A DNA stretch of 64,000 nt from Ferruginibacter sp. GTDB lineage: Bacteria; Bacteroidota; Bacteroidia; Chitinophagales; Chitinophagaceae. Position numbers and translations under genes: made by a program. The stretch covers positions 4,608,859-4,672,858 of the forward strand of contig OZ251999.1 in NCBI GenBank assembly GCA_965247085.1. Reading direction: 5' to 3'. Under the pieces are notes generated by a model. The model made no database searches and was not told where the DNA came from. It saw only the letters and a program-made list of their open reading frames with translations. This document shows, piece by piece, positions 53,982 through 63,949 of this stretch (positions are counted from its first letter, which is position 1; each line of letters opens with the position of its first letter).

Positions 53982-56873
53982 ATGAAAAAAATATTGTTGT
54001 TGCCGCTGCTTTTATTGTTTAGCTCAATCTGCCATGCCCAAAGCCCTGCCGTTGTAAAGGCACTGGCTTCCACTGTGATGGTACCAAATGATAAAGACCA
54101 GGAAGGCTGGAAGAACAATGAATGGAATGGGTTGTTTTTTTACCAGGGAACCGGCAGCCCCACCAAATTATGTGTTACAGACGGCACCAGTGCCGGCACC
54201 CAGTTCCTGCTGGATATTGGCAACGGAACGGTAGTATCCACCATACCGGCACAGGATTTTATGTACATCATCACTAACAGGCTGGCTTCATTTACTCCTT
54301 TTGCCTACGAAGCGCAGATATGGAAAAGCAACGGAACTGCACCGGGCACATCATTAGTGTACACCATGCCGCAGGCGGGCATTTCGAATGCAAACCTGTG
54401 GACCAGCGACAGGGATGCAAAAAAGAATCTTTCTGTCATGGGCAACACCATGTTTTTTTCCGGGTACGATGCTGCCAATGGCAATGAGCTATGGATGACC
54501 GATGGCACAGTTGCCGGTACGCATATAGTAAAAGATATTAAACCGGGTACCGGTAACAGCAGCCCCATGGCTTTTTGTAAAATTGGAACAACTGTTTTTT
54601 TTACCTGTATGGAAACAGGGTTGGAACGAAAACTGTGGAAGACGGACGGTACCGAAGCCGGCACTGTGCAAATACCCGTGGCAGAACCCTTTTTTATTTT
54701 AGACAATGCCGTGGGTATGGTGAATGATAAAATGATTTTTTATGCGCACAATACCGTGGATGGATATGAGCCTTATGTAAGCGACGGCACGGCAGCAGGT
54801 ACATTTATGCTGGCAAATATTAATCCCTCCGGAAACTCATGGCTTTCGGTATCGCAAAACGCCCATCTGAAGTTTAACAGCAAGTATGTTTTTTTTATAG
54901 CCAATAACGGAACCGCCAATGCGCTGTGGCGTACAGATGGTACCAGTGCAGGAACCCTTCAGCTTACTACAAATGTACAGGCGGTGTTCAGTGGTGTAAG
55001 CGGTGGCAGTTATACAGATGTTGATGAAACAGGGTTGTGGATGATAGAATACAACAGCATTGGGGCTGGTAACAACGAAAAATTATACCGCAGCGACGGA
55101 TCGGTTGCCGGTACTTACCAGGTGGCATCCGGTTTAAGTTATGCGCAGTACCTGAAAATTTACAAGGGTGCATTGTGGATGGCTTCCCGAAATACAGGCA
55201 CTGCCGCAAATACAGAACCATGGCGCAGCGGCGGTAATGCGGTCACCACTAATAAAACTTTTGAAATAGCGCCAGGTACATCCGGATCTCCATTGTTTAC
55301 GCCCATCAGCGCTAACCCCTTTGGATTTTTTGTAAAGAGCGGCAAACTGTATTTTTTTGCATCATCCAATGCGGCGCCCGACAGAAATTTATACCAGTAT
55401 TCAGGCGATTTTACATTCAATGGTTCTGTGGCCGGCGGTAACTGGAAAGACAGTGCCAACTGGAACGGACTGCTGCCGCCGGGCATTACCGACAGTGTAT
55501 ATGTAAACGCCGGCACACCCAATGCACCGAATATTACGGGTGGCAATGCATATGCAGGCACGCTGTTGTCAGGCAGTAATGCCACGGTACATATTCCGGC
55601 AGGCACCGACAGTTTGATAGTAAACACAAGTATTGCTGCCGCAGGCAATAACAGTTTTACCGGTAACGGAGTGGTGGCCTTAAGAAATATAGCTGCGGAT
55701 ACTGTTGAAATATACAATGGTTTCAGCGCAGCTAATCTTGCTGTACAAACGCATGCATCGGTGGCTGCGGGCACCGTTAGTATCGGCAATAACCTTAACC
55801 TGGTAAACAACAGCCAGCTGATCGTTAACAGCAGTACGGTTGTTTTAACGGGCACAACATCTGCCATTACACAAAGCGGCAACAGTTACATTACTGCAAA
55901 CGGTACGGGTAAACTCACTATTGAAAATATTGGTGCCGCCGGCAGAACAGGCGTTGTTCATTTTCCTGTAGGCACTTCTGCTGATTACAATCCAATTTTG
56001 TTTACAAATAATGGCACTGCAGATGATTTTAGTGTGCGGGTTCAGCCACAAATATTTGCTTCTTACACAGGCGAAACCGGTACAGGTGTATACAGCAGCA
56101 ACGCAGTTAACAGCACCTGGTTTATATCAGAAGCAAGTGCAGGAGGCAGCAATGCCGATATTACCCTGCAATGGAATGCTTCGCAGGAATTGCCCGGCTT
56201 TAACAGAGGCAACAGCCAGTTTGCACATTACAACGGCAGCTGGCAGCTGGGCAGTGCGGCTGCAGCGGCAGGCACCGGTCCCTATACTTTCAGCGGTACT
56301 GGTATTACCAGTTTTTCACCTTTTGGTATTTTAAATAACAACGCTGTGCTGCCGCTCCGCTTCGTTTCTTTTACTGCACAAAAATGCGGCAATAACAGTG
56401 TTTGTCTTAACTGGCAAACCGCCAGTGAACTGAACGTATCTCATTTTATTATTGAACGAAGTACAGACGGAAACATATTTGCCGCTGTTGCAGATAAACA
56501 GGCTGATAACCTTGCATCCAGCAGTTATACTATTGCAGATGACATCAGTACGCTGCTTAATAAAACAACGCTTTATTACCGGCTGAAACAGGTGGATGTG
56601 AATGGCAGTTTTACTTACAGCCATACGGAGCGAATAAATATTTCACAACAACTGTACATCAGTATTTATCCCAACCCTGCCGCCGGTAAGATATACATCG
56701 CCGGTTACGGCAATGCCAAATGGGTAGAGATATTTGATGCGAATGGTAAAAAAATTACAGCAATGCCCGCATCGCCGGATATTGATATCAGCCGGCTTGC
56801 AACCGGAGTGTATGTATTGAAACTAGTATTAAAATCCGGCACCATTCAGCAATTGAAACTTATTAAGCAATAG
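53982..56873 (+). CDS. ELWxxDGT-repeat protein with T9SS C-terminal sorting domain
   Basis: Signal peptide MKKILLLPLLLLFSSICHAQ. Repeats include NELWMTDGTVAGT, RKLWKTDGTEAGT, YEPYVSDGTAAGT and NALWRTDGTSAGT. The C-terminus is ISIYPNPAAGKIYI...GVYVLKLVL...LKLIKQ. Confidence 0.85.
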   Translation: MKKILLLPLLLLFSSICHAQSPAVVKALASTVMVPNDKDQEGWKNNEWNGLFFYQGTGSPTKLCVTDGTSAGTQFLLDIGNGTVVSTIPAQDFMYIITNRLASFTPFAYEAQIWKSNGTAPGTSLVYTMPQAGISNANLWTSDRDAKKNLSVMGNTMFFSGYDAANGNELWMTDGTVAGTHIVKDIKPGTGNSSPMAFCKIGTTVFFTCMETGLERKLWKTDGTEAGTVQIPVAEPFFILDNAVGMVNDKMIFYAHNTVDGYEPYVSDGTAAGTFMLANINPSGNSWLSVSQNAHLKFNSKYVFFIANNGTANALWRTDGTSAGTLQLTTNVQAVFSGVSGGSYTDVDETGLWMIEYNSIGAGNNEKLYRSDGSVAGTYQVASGLSYAQYLKIYKGALWMASRNTGTAANTEPWRSGGNAVTTNKTFEIAPGTSGSPLFTPISANPFGFFVKSGKLYFFASSNAAPDRNLYQYSGDFTFNGSVAGGNWKDSANWNGLLPPGITDSVYVNAGTPNAPNITGGNAYAGTLLSGSNATVHIPAGTDSLIVNTSIAAAGNNSFTGNGVVALRNIAADTVEIYNGFSAANLAVQTHASVAAGTVSIGNNLNLVNNSQLIVNSSTVVLTGTTSAITQSGNSYITANGTGKLTIENIGAAGRTGVVHFPVGTSADYNPILFTNNGTADDFSVRVQPQIFASYTGETGTGVYSSNAVNSTWFISEASAGGSNADITLQWNASQELPGFNRGNSQFAHYNGSWQLGSAAAAAGTGPYTFSGTGITSFSPFGILNNNAVLPLRFVSFTAQKCGNNSVCLNWQTASELNVSHFIIERSTDGNIFAAVADKQADNLASSSYTIADDISTLLNKTTLYYRLKQVDVNGSFTYSHTERINISQQLYISIYPNPAAGKIYIAGYGNAKWVEIFDANGKKITAMPASPDIDISRLATGVYVLKLVLKSGTIQQLKLIKQ

Positions 56874-56893
56874 GGGTTTTCTTCATTCACTAT

Positions 56894-56920
56894 ACCGCCG
56901 GTTTTATGCCGGCGGTTTTC
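56894..56920 (+). terminator. Rho-independent terminator
   Basis: ACCGCCGG-ttttatg-CCGGCGGT followed by TTTC. It sits inside the ORF-track start of the next gene, which argues for the ATG at 56936. Confidence 0.7.
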
Positions 56921-56935
56921 AACAAAAAATATAAA

Positions 56936-58672
56936 ATGAAAAAGAGTGTATTACTGTTTGCGGCCATCTTTTTTTCTGTCGCAGCGCTGCAGGCGCAGCT
57001 AAACCCGTTTAAAAAGAAAAAGGAAAATGCAGCAGTACAGGATACGGCTGCAGCTGCAAAAACCGAAGAACCCGAAAAAGAAGAAAAGAAAAAAGGCGGG
57101 GGCCTGTTTCAAAAAGTAGTGGCCAAAGTAGCCAAAGTGGCCGCCAATGCCAGCGGCGCATTGCTGGGCACCACAAAAACCACCGATAATTTCGACGTGA
57201 TTGAACCGGCCATTTTTGTAAGCTCCAATATTTATCCTAAATCGGTGGGCACCATGCAAACCGACTTTTATAATGGCTGGAAAGAGGGCGGCGATTTAGT
57301 GGGTGTAATGCTGCTGCCCAAAGACAAAGCATTTTTTTATAAACTGGATGGCACGGTAAAAGTAAATGGAGAGAAAGGCGATTACCAGGCTGCAGGTGCT
57401 TACACCAAAATACTGGATGGCAGCAACAGCAATAAAGTGCTGGAGATGGAAACCAAGGGCGGCAAAACCGCCAAGTTTACCTTGGTACCCAAACAGAATA
57501 AAATAAAACTGGTTTCCATTAACGGGCAGTCAAAAAATGCAGTAATTGATATGGCAAAAGACTTCACCATTGAGCTGGATGGCTTTACACCCAATGCATT
57601 TATTAAGATAGAAGTGGTGATGCAGAAAATGGGCTTCCGCGGCCAGTTTGAAGTGGGCAGTTACCTGGCAGCAAAAAGTATTACCATACCCGGCTATATT
57701 TTTAAGCATATGAATGTGGGGCCCGACCAGGCCGATTTTAAATATACCAATCCTTATATTTTAGTTTCGGAAACAGAAGTGCGGGAAACAAAAGACGAGA
57801 ATGGGCATTATAAAGAACCGGTAAAATATTTTGCCGGCACCAGCAGTTATATGGCGGTTAATGTTGTTAACCCGGTTGCGAATGGCGGTGGTTTAACGTT
57901 ACAGGATGGTGCCTGCCGGCTGGAAAAAGGCAATGCATATTTTTCGCCACCGGTGGAAATGGCCACCAAAATTGCCACCACCACCATGGTGGTTAAAGGC
58001 ACCACCTATTATTATGATGTGAGTGAAAGCAAGGTGGTTGACAGAACCATTACCACCACCAAAGAGCTGAAATTTCCGCAGATACCCGATGCCAAGCTGG
58101 AAGCAGTAGCAGCAGAGTTGTACCAGCAAATGACCACCATTTTAAAAGAAGAATTAAATGCTACTGTAATTACACCGGAACAGGTTACGGGCAATACTGC
58201 GTATCAGAAACTGGGGATTTATATGAATGAGGATGAAAATACCGACGAGCATTTCCGTAAATCGTACAAGGGATTAAATGAACCACCGGCTATGGCGCCA
58301 CTGGCGTTTGCTATAAACGGGCAGGCCTTTTTGTTTGAACCGTTAAATGCAAATGCCCTGCTTAAAACGGTGCTGGACCTTAAAATTTCATGGGAGGGTA
58401 AAAAGCCCAGAATAACACCGTATTTAAATATAGAACTGAAAGGAATGCCGAACGGTGGTATAAATGGCGCTTCTCAGTTATCGTATTATTTTAAAGGCAG
58501 CGTCAGCGGCGAAAGTATTGAACTGACTAAAGGGGTGGTTACCGAAGAAATGATTAACCGTATATTGCAGGTAAACAGTTTAACGGATGCTTTCAGAAAA
58601 GGGTTACAAAAACTGAAAGCAAAAGAAAAGGATTACAGTGAGTATAAAGCGATCTGGAATTTGCAAAAATAA
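56936..58672 (+). CDS. Secreted hypothetical protein
   Basis: Signal peptide MKKSVLLFAAIFFSVAALQAQ followed by a Lys/Glu/Ala-rich low-complexity linker. I recognised no family motif. Confidence 0.55.
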   Translation: MKKSVLLFAAIFFSVAALQAQLNPFKKKKENAAVQDTAAAAKTEEPEKEEKKKGGGLFQKVVAKVAKVAANASGALLGTTKTTDNFDVIEPAIFVSSNIYPKSVGTMQTDFYNGWKEGGDLVGVMLLPKDKAFFYKLDGTVKVNGEKGDYQAAGAYTKILDGSNSNKVLEMETKGGKTAKFTLVPKQNKIKLVSINGQSKNAVIDMAKDFTIELDGFTPNAFIKIEVVMQKMGFRGQFEVGSYLAAKSITIPGYIFKHMNVGPDQADFKYTNPYILVSETEVRETKDENGHYKEPVKYFAGTSSYMAVNVVNPVANGGGLTLQDGACRLEKGNAYFSPPVEMATKIATTTMVVKGTTYYYDVSESKVVDRTITTTKELKFPQIPDAKLEAVAAELYQQMTTILKEELNATVITPEQVTGNTAYQKLGIYMNEDENTDEHFRKSYKGLNEPPAMAPLAFAINGQAFLFEPLNANALLKTVLDLKISWEGKKPRITPYLNIELKGMPNGGINGASQLSYYFKGSVSGESIELTKGVVTEEMINRILQVNSLTDAFRKGLQKLKAKEKDYSEYKAIWNLQK

Positions 58673-58678
58673 AAGCTG

Positions 58679-60088
58679 ATGAAAATAACCCTCACATTCA
58701 TTTTTATATGTGCAGTACTGCAGGCAGATGCGCAGTTTGATATCTATGGCCGCAGCCGGTACACAAGAGAATGGCAGGAAACAGTACGGCATTATGAAAG
58801 TATGCGTAAGTCGCCGGCCAACAGCAGTACCGGATTTGCAAATAATGCTTCGGGCACCTATGAAGTACCTGCATTATTTAAAAAGAAAACACCCGAACAA
58901 AAACAGCAGGAGGCGGAAGCCAGGAAAAAGGCAGAGGAAAAGCGGATTGCTGACCGCAAAATTGCCTGGAATAATAATGAGCAGTACCTGGGTGAATTGA
59001 TCATCGCAAGAAAAATATACAAAGACGGCCGCTATTATAATCAACTGATGCAGGCTGCCAAAGAATCAGGACTGCCCGATATATGGAATAAGCGGGTGTT
59101 CGGTTACAGCGCAGCCGAATTTAATGCGCTCCGCAGCAACAGTAATTCCACACTGCATAAATATTTTCCCGATGAAGACCACCCGCTGAGCTTTACATTT
59201 AACGACCTCAGTGAAAAACAAATTACCACCGGCCAGTACCGGGTTTATTACAGCTTAACCGGTTTAATAAAAGCGTTTATTGACGATGGTAAAAATAATT
59301 TTGCCACAGTTGCCGATAAAACGGATATTCCTGTCACCTCTTTTTGCAGTTGTGATGAATCGTACCGGGTAAAATATTACTGGCTCAATTTTACTTCGTT
59401 TGAGCTCGGTTCATATTCTTTTTCAACCTATCCTTTCATTGCTTTTTCATCCTGGGGTAAAACAGAAGATGAGTATCAAAACATTATTACGTATGAAATA
59501 AATAGTTTTTTGGCAACAGGGTTGTATACTTTTTACAAAGAAGAAGACCGTTTTGGTACCAGTCATGTACTTAAATTAAAACCGGAGTATGTTTCCGAAA
59601 AGGACATTGTTTATGAGTTTCATATGCGTATAGATACCCGTACCATGGTGCCTAAACTGCAGTTTTCGCTGTATAAAAATGATGCAGCGCCCGAAGCAGA
59701 AAAAAAGCAAAGCGCTGTGGTGGAAAATTTGCAGCTAAAACCTGCTGTCCCGGCAACAAAGGAATCAGGCAAAAGTAACCCTGTTTACAACAGTTTACAG
59801 CTGAATGAGGCTAAAACAACCGAAACTTCCGCAGTAATCATTGATGCCGGCAGGGTATATGCCAATATTGTAAACACCAACTGTTTAGACTGGTCATGGG
59901 CAACACCTGCACAAAAAAAGATGTGCGGTAAAACCGGATGGGGCAATTACAAACCCCAAAAAGGCGATAAAGGAGTAATTGTTTTTACAGCGGTGCATTG
60001 CTCCAGTAAAATCAATATCTGTATACTTAAAGTGGGCGACTATTATGTTCCTGTAGCAGAAGAAGGCATACTGAAACAATTAAAGTAA
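58679..60088 (+). CDS. Secreted hypothetical protein
   Basis: Signal peptide MKITLTFIFICAVLQADAQ, located 6 nt after the previous gene. I recognised no family motif. Confidence 0.55.
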   Translation: MKITLTFIFICAVLQADAQFDIYGRSRYTREWQETVRHYESMRKSPANSSTGFANNASGTYEVPALFKKKTPEQKQQEAEARKKAEEKRIADRKIAWNNNEQYLGELIIARKIYKDGRYYNQLMQAAKESGLPDIWNKRVFGYSAAEFNALRSNSNSTLHKYFPDEDHPLSFTFNDLSEKQITTGQYRVYYSLTGLIKAFIDDGKNNFATVADKTDIPVTSFCSCDESYRVKYYWLNFTSFELGSYSFSTYPFIAFSSWGKTEDEYQNIITYEINSFLATGLYTFYKEEDRFGTSHVLKLKPEYVSEKDIVYEFHMRIDTRTMVPKLQFSLYKNDAAPEAEKKQSAVVENLQLKPAVPATKESGKSNPVYNSLQLNEAKTTETSAVIIDAGRVYANIVNTNCLDWSWATPAQKKMCGKTGWGNYKPQKGDKGVIVFTAVHCSSKINICILKVGDYYVPVAEEGILKQLK

Positions 60089-60089
60089 T

Positions 60090-63008
60090 TTATTTCAACG
60101 CCTCCCACAAAATCTCCACCGGATGCTTTGCCTTAGCACCCGTGCCATCTTTTATCTGGTGGCGGCAGCTGGTACCCGGCGCTGCAATGATAGTATCATT
60201 TGATGCAGTACGCACTGCAGGAAATAACACCAGTTCGCCTATCTGCATACTTAAATCGTAATGCTCTTTTTCGTATCCAAAACTTCCCGCCATACCACAA
60301 CAACCGCTGGGGATGGTTTCTACAGTATAGTTTTGAGGGATGGTCAGCATACTTACTGTGGCTCCGGTACCGCTTAATGATTTTTGCTGGCAATGGCCGT
60401 GCAGTTTTATTTTTTGAGCGGCTGTGGTAAAAAGAGATTGGTTGATATTACCTGCAGCAAATTCCCGGGCAATAAATTCTTCAATGGTAAAAACATGTGT
60501 AGAAAGTTCTTTTGCCTTTACTAAATTTTCATCTGTTGCCAGATCAATATATTCATCACGGAAAGTGAGGATGGCAGAAGGTTCAACACCTACCATAGGT
60601 GTAGCTGCAGTTATAACCGGATGCAATAATTCAATATTTTTATTGATGATGGTTTTTGCTTTACGTACCAACCCTTTACTCAGCCAAGTACGGCTGCTTT
60701 CCAGATGATCGGGAATAATTATTTCGTAACCCAATTTTTCCAACAACAAAATTGCTTTTAATCCAATTTCAGTATCGTTGTAATTAGTAAACTCATCACA
60801 GAAGAGGTTAACCGTTTTTGAATTTTTACTTTTTACTTTTGACTTTTCATGTTTCTTAAACCAACTCATCAAAGTCTCCTTGTACATAGTAGGCATACTT
60901 CTCTGCGTAGCAAAACCGGATAATTTTTTTATGGTATTGCTGATGAAAGGATTGGTTACTGCAAAATTATACATGCCTGGAACCAGTGCACCCAGTTTTG
61001 CCGATGCTGTAAAATTGGCGATGAGCTTGCTGCGGAATGGTACTCCGTTAGCATCATAGAAGTGCTGTAAAAATTCAGCTTTCAGCTTGGCTACATCCAC
61101 ATTACTGGGGCATTCGCTTTTACAACCTTTGCAACTTAAACACAGATCCATCACTTCATAAATCTCTTTATGATCAAAGCGGTTCAGCTTATCGCTGTTG
61201 GTTAAAAACTCCCGTAAAATATTGGCCCTTGCCCTGGTGGTATCTTTTTCATTTTTTGTTGCCATAAATGAAGGGCACATGGTACCACCACTTAGAGCGG
61301 TTTTTCTGCAATCTCCACTGCCATTGCACTGCTCGGCATGCTGCAGTACATTCTGATTATTAAAACGGAAATGCGCTTTAAATTCAGGAGTTTGCTGTCC
61401 GGGTACATACCGCAGCATGGTATTCATGCCGGGCGTATCTACAATCTTATTAGGGTTAAAAATATTTTCAGGATCCCATATTTTTTTGATCTCTTTCAGT
61501 AAGGCATAATTTTTTTCGCCCACCATTTGTTTAATGAACTCGCCGCGTAATCTGCCATCGCCATGTTCACCACTTAAACTGCCGTTGTATTTTTTTACCA
61601 GGGTGGCAATCTCTTCTGCAATAGTGCGGAACAGCTGATTGCCTTCCACGGTTTTTAAATTGATGATGGGCCGTAAGTGTATTTCTCCACTGCCTGCATG
61701 TGCGTAGTGCACACTGTACAGGCCATGTTTTTTCAGTATCTCATTAAAGTCGCGGATATAAGCCGGTAAATCTTCCACATCCACTGCTGTATCTTCAATA
61801 ACAGGCACGGCTTTTTCATCGCCGGGCAAATTGCTTAATAAGCCAAGGCCAGCTTTACGCAGTGTCCATATTTTTTTACTGTCGGCACCAAACAATAGCG
61901 GGAAGTGATAGCCCAAACCTGCGGCACGCATGTCGTTCTCCACTTGTTTGGCAATGGCAGTAATATCTTCCCGGTTTTCCCTGCAAAATTCAATCACCAA
62001 AATAGCACCGGGGTCGCCCTGTACAAAAAAGCGGTTCTTGCTTTGTTCAATATTGTCTTTGGTGCATTCTAAAATATAATGATCAATCAGCTCGCTGGCA
62101 CTGGGTTTATATTTAAGTGCAATGAGGTTTGCACGCAAAGATTCATCAATGGAATTAAAATGCACACACAACAAACCCACTTCTTTGGGGGGCAGTGGTA
62201 CCACATTCAGTTTGATCTCGGTAATAAAGGCCAGTGTTCCTTCGGAGCCGGCAATCAGCTGGCAAAAATTAAAATCATCTCCGCCCGCAGTAAATGGTGC
62301 GGTATCAATTAACAGGTCAACTGCATAACCGGTATTTCTTCTTTCCACCGATTTTTTAGGAAACTCTTTCCTTATTTCCTGCTGTGTATCGTAATTGCTT
62401 AACAGGCTTCTTACGTTTTTATATATACCGGCTTCTAAAGTATTGCCTTCGCATTTTTGGTGAAATTCCTCCAGGCTTACTGTTTTAAATTCGGTTTCGC
62501 TGCCGTCACTTAAAATGGCTTTTACTTCCAGTGTATGTTCGCGGGTACTGCGGTACACCACCGAATTACTGCCGCAGCTGTTATTGCCCACCATGCCACC
62601 AATCATGGCACGGTTGGCAGTAGAAGTTTCGGGACCAAAAAATAAACCATGTGGTTGTAAGAACATATTCAGCTCGTCGCGTATTACCCCGGGCTGTACA
62701 CGCACCCAATGTTCAGCTGCATCTAGTTCCAGTATCTGCGTAAAATATTTAGATACATCCACTACAATGCCATTGCCCACCACCTGCCCTGCAAGTGAAG
62801 TGCCTGCTGTTCGGGGAATCAGGGATGTTTTATACTGCTGTGCAAAAGCCACCAGTTTTTTAATATCTGCTGTACTTTTGGGTATAGCTACTGCAAGTGG
62901 CATTTCGCGGTAAGCACTGGCATCGGTGGCATACAGGGTACGCATGGTGGTATCAAAATAAAGATCGCCCTGTAATTGTATGCCCAGTTGTTGTAGTGCC
63001 GCTTCCAT
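60090..63008 (-). CDS. FAD-linked oxidase fused to Fe-S/CCG-domain module (YdiJ/GlcD-GlcF-like 2-hydroxyacid dehydrogenase)
   Basis: The N-terminal FAD-binding PCMH region has PRTAGTSLAGQ. The ferredoxin-type cluster is CLSCKGCKSECP, with CNGSGDCRK also present. The C-terminal CCG-type motif is SGCCGMAGSFG. Confidence 0.8.
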   Translation of the reverse strand: MEAALQQLGIQLQGDLYFDTTMRTLYATDASAYREMPLAVAIPKSTADIKKLVAFAQQYKTSLIPRTAGTSLAGQVVGNGIVVDVSKYFTQILELDAAEHWVRVQPGVIRDELNMFLQPHGLFFGPETSTANRAMIGGMVGNNSCGSNSVVYRSTREHTLEVKAILSDGSETEFKTVSLEEFHQKCEGNTLEAGIYKNVRSLLSNYDTQQEIRKEFPKKSVERRNTGYAVDLLIDTAPFTAGGDDFNFCQLIAGSEGTLAFITEIKLNVVPLPPKEVGLLCVHFNSIDESLRANLIALKYKPSASELIDHYILECTKDNIEQSKNRFFVQGDPGAILVIEFCRENREDITAIAKQVENDMRAAGLGYHFPLLFGADSKKIWTLRKAGLGLLSNLPGDEKAVPVIEDTAVDVEDLPAYIRDFNEILKKHGLYSVHYAHAGSGEIHLRPIINLKTVEGNQLFRTIAEEIATLVKKYNGSLSGEHGDGRLRGEFIKQMVGEKNYALLKEIKKIWDPENIFNPNKIVDTPGMNTMLRYVPGQQTPEFKAHFRFNNQNVLQHAEQCNGSGDCRKTALSGGTMCPSFMATKNEKDTTRARANILREFLTNSDKLNRFDHKEIYEVMDLCLSCKGCKSECPSNVDVAKLKAEFLQHFYDANGVPFRSKLIANFTASAKLGALVPGMYNFAVTNPFISNTIKKLSGFATQRSMPTMYKETLMSWFKKHEKSKVKSKNSKTVNLFCDEFTNYNDTEIGLKAILLLEKLGYEIIIPDHLESSRTWLSKGLVRKAKTIINKNIELLHPVITAATPMVGVEPSAILTFRDEYIDLATDENLVKAKELSTHVFTIEEFIAREFAAGNINQSLFTTAAQKIKLHGHCQQKSLSGTGATVSMLTIPQNYTVETIPSGCCGMAGSFGYEKEHYDLSMQIGELVLFPAVRTASNDTIIAAPGTSCRHQIKDGTGAKAKHPVEILWEALK

Positions 63009-63123
63009 ACCTTTTAAAATGAGGTAGCAAATATACTTTAAGAAAAATTAAATTCTGTCTTGTTCTGAGGGCAGGGTTGTCAGCCTTTTAAAAAGTAACA
63101 TGAACTTTAAATACATTTGTAGC

Positions 63124-63930
63124 ATGAATGAAAATCACCAGCAATATTTTGACGCCAATAAAGAGGGATGGAATAAAAGAACCGATATTCATAAAACCTC
63201 TGCATTTTATAATCTGGAAGCATTTAAAAACGGAGCGTCTTCTTTAAATAAAATTGAAAGGGATGAAGTGGGTGATGTAAAAGGAAAATCGCTCTTACAC
63301 CTGCAATGCCATTTTGGAATGGATACCATGAGCTGGGCCAGGGAGGGTGCCATGGTAACCGGGGTAGACTTCAGCGACGAGGCCATTACACTGGCTAAAG
63401 AAATTAATGATGAGCTGCAGCTGGATGCCCGTTTTGTTTGCTGTAATGTATACGATACAGCGCAGCATGTACCGGAACAGTTTGATATTGTGTTCACATC
63501 TTACGGTACTATTGGCTGGCTACCCCAGCTGCAACCCTGGGCAAAAGTGGTGGCAAAAAAACTAAAACCCGGCGGCTTCTTTTATATCGCCGATTTTCAT
63601 CCCACCCTGTGGATGCTGGACGACGACATGGAAAAACTTACGTACAGCTACTTTAATGATGCCGTGATCATTACCGAACAAAAAGGCTCTTATACCAACC
63701 GTGATGCACCTATTGAATATAAAGAGTATGGCTGGAACCATCCCTTTAGCGAACTGTTTACTGCATTGCTTGGCGAAGGCCTGCAAATTGAGTTTTTACA
63801 TGAGTTTTCGTATGCGCCGTATAATTGTTTTGCCAACCTGCAGCAGTGGCCTGATGGAATGTGGCGGTTAAAGGGAATGGACGACCGCTTCCCCATGATG
63901 TATTCGGTAAAAGCGGTGAAACCCCTGTAA
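63124..63930 (+). CDS. Class I SAM-dependent methyltransferase
   Basis: LLHLQCHFGMDTMSWAREGAMVTGVDFS (motif I/II context) and FDIVFTSYG. The start is at 63124 (MNENHQQ) or 63100. Confidence 0.7.
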   Translation: MNENHQQYFDANKEGWNKRTDIHKTSAFYNLEAFKNGASSLNKIERDEVGDVKGKSLLHLQCHFGMDTMSWAREGAMVTGVDFSDEAITLAKEINDELQLDARFVCCNVYDTAQHVPEQFDIVFTSYGTIGWLPQLQPWAKVVAKKLKPGGFFYIADFHPTLWMLDDDMEKLTYSYFNDAVIITEQKGSYTNRDAPIEYKEYGWNHPFSELFTALLGEGLQIEFLHEFSYAPYNCFANLQQWPDGMWRLKGMDDRFPMMYSVKAVKPL

Positions 63931-63931
63931 A

Positions 63932-63949
63932 ATACCGTACACAGGGTAT
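63932..63949. promoter_or_regulatory. Further copy of the 18-nt site, ATACCGTACACAGGGTAT
   Basis: Same length and ATACC...GGGTAT ends, immediately after the methyltransferase stop at the right edge of the window. Confidence 0.3.
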
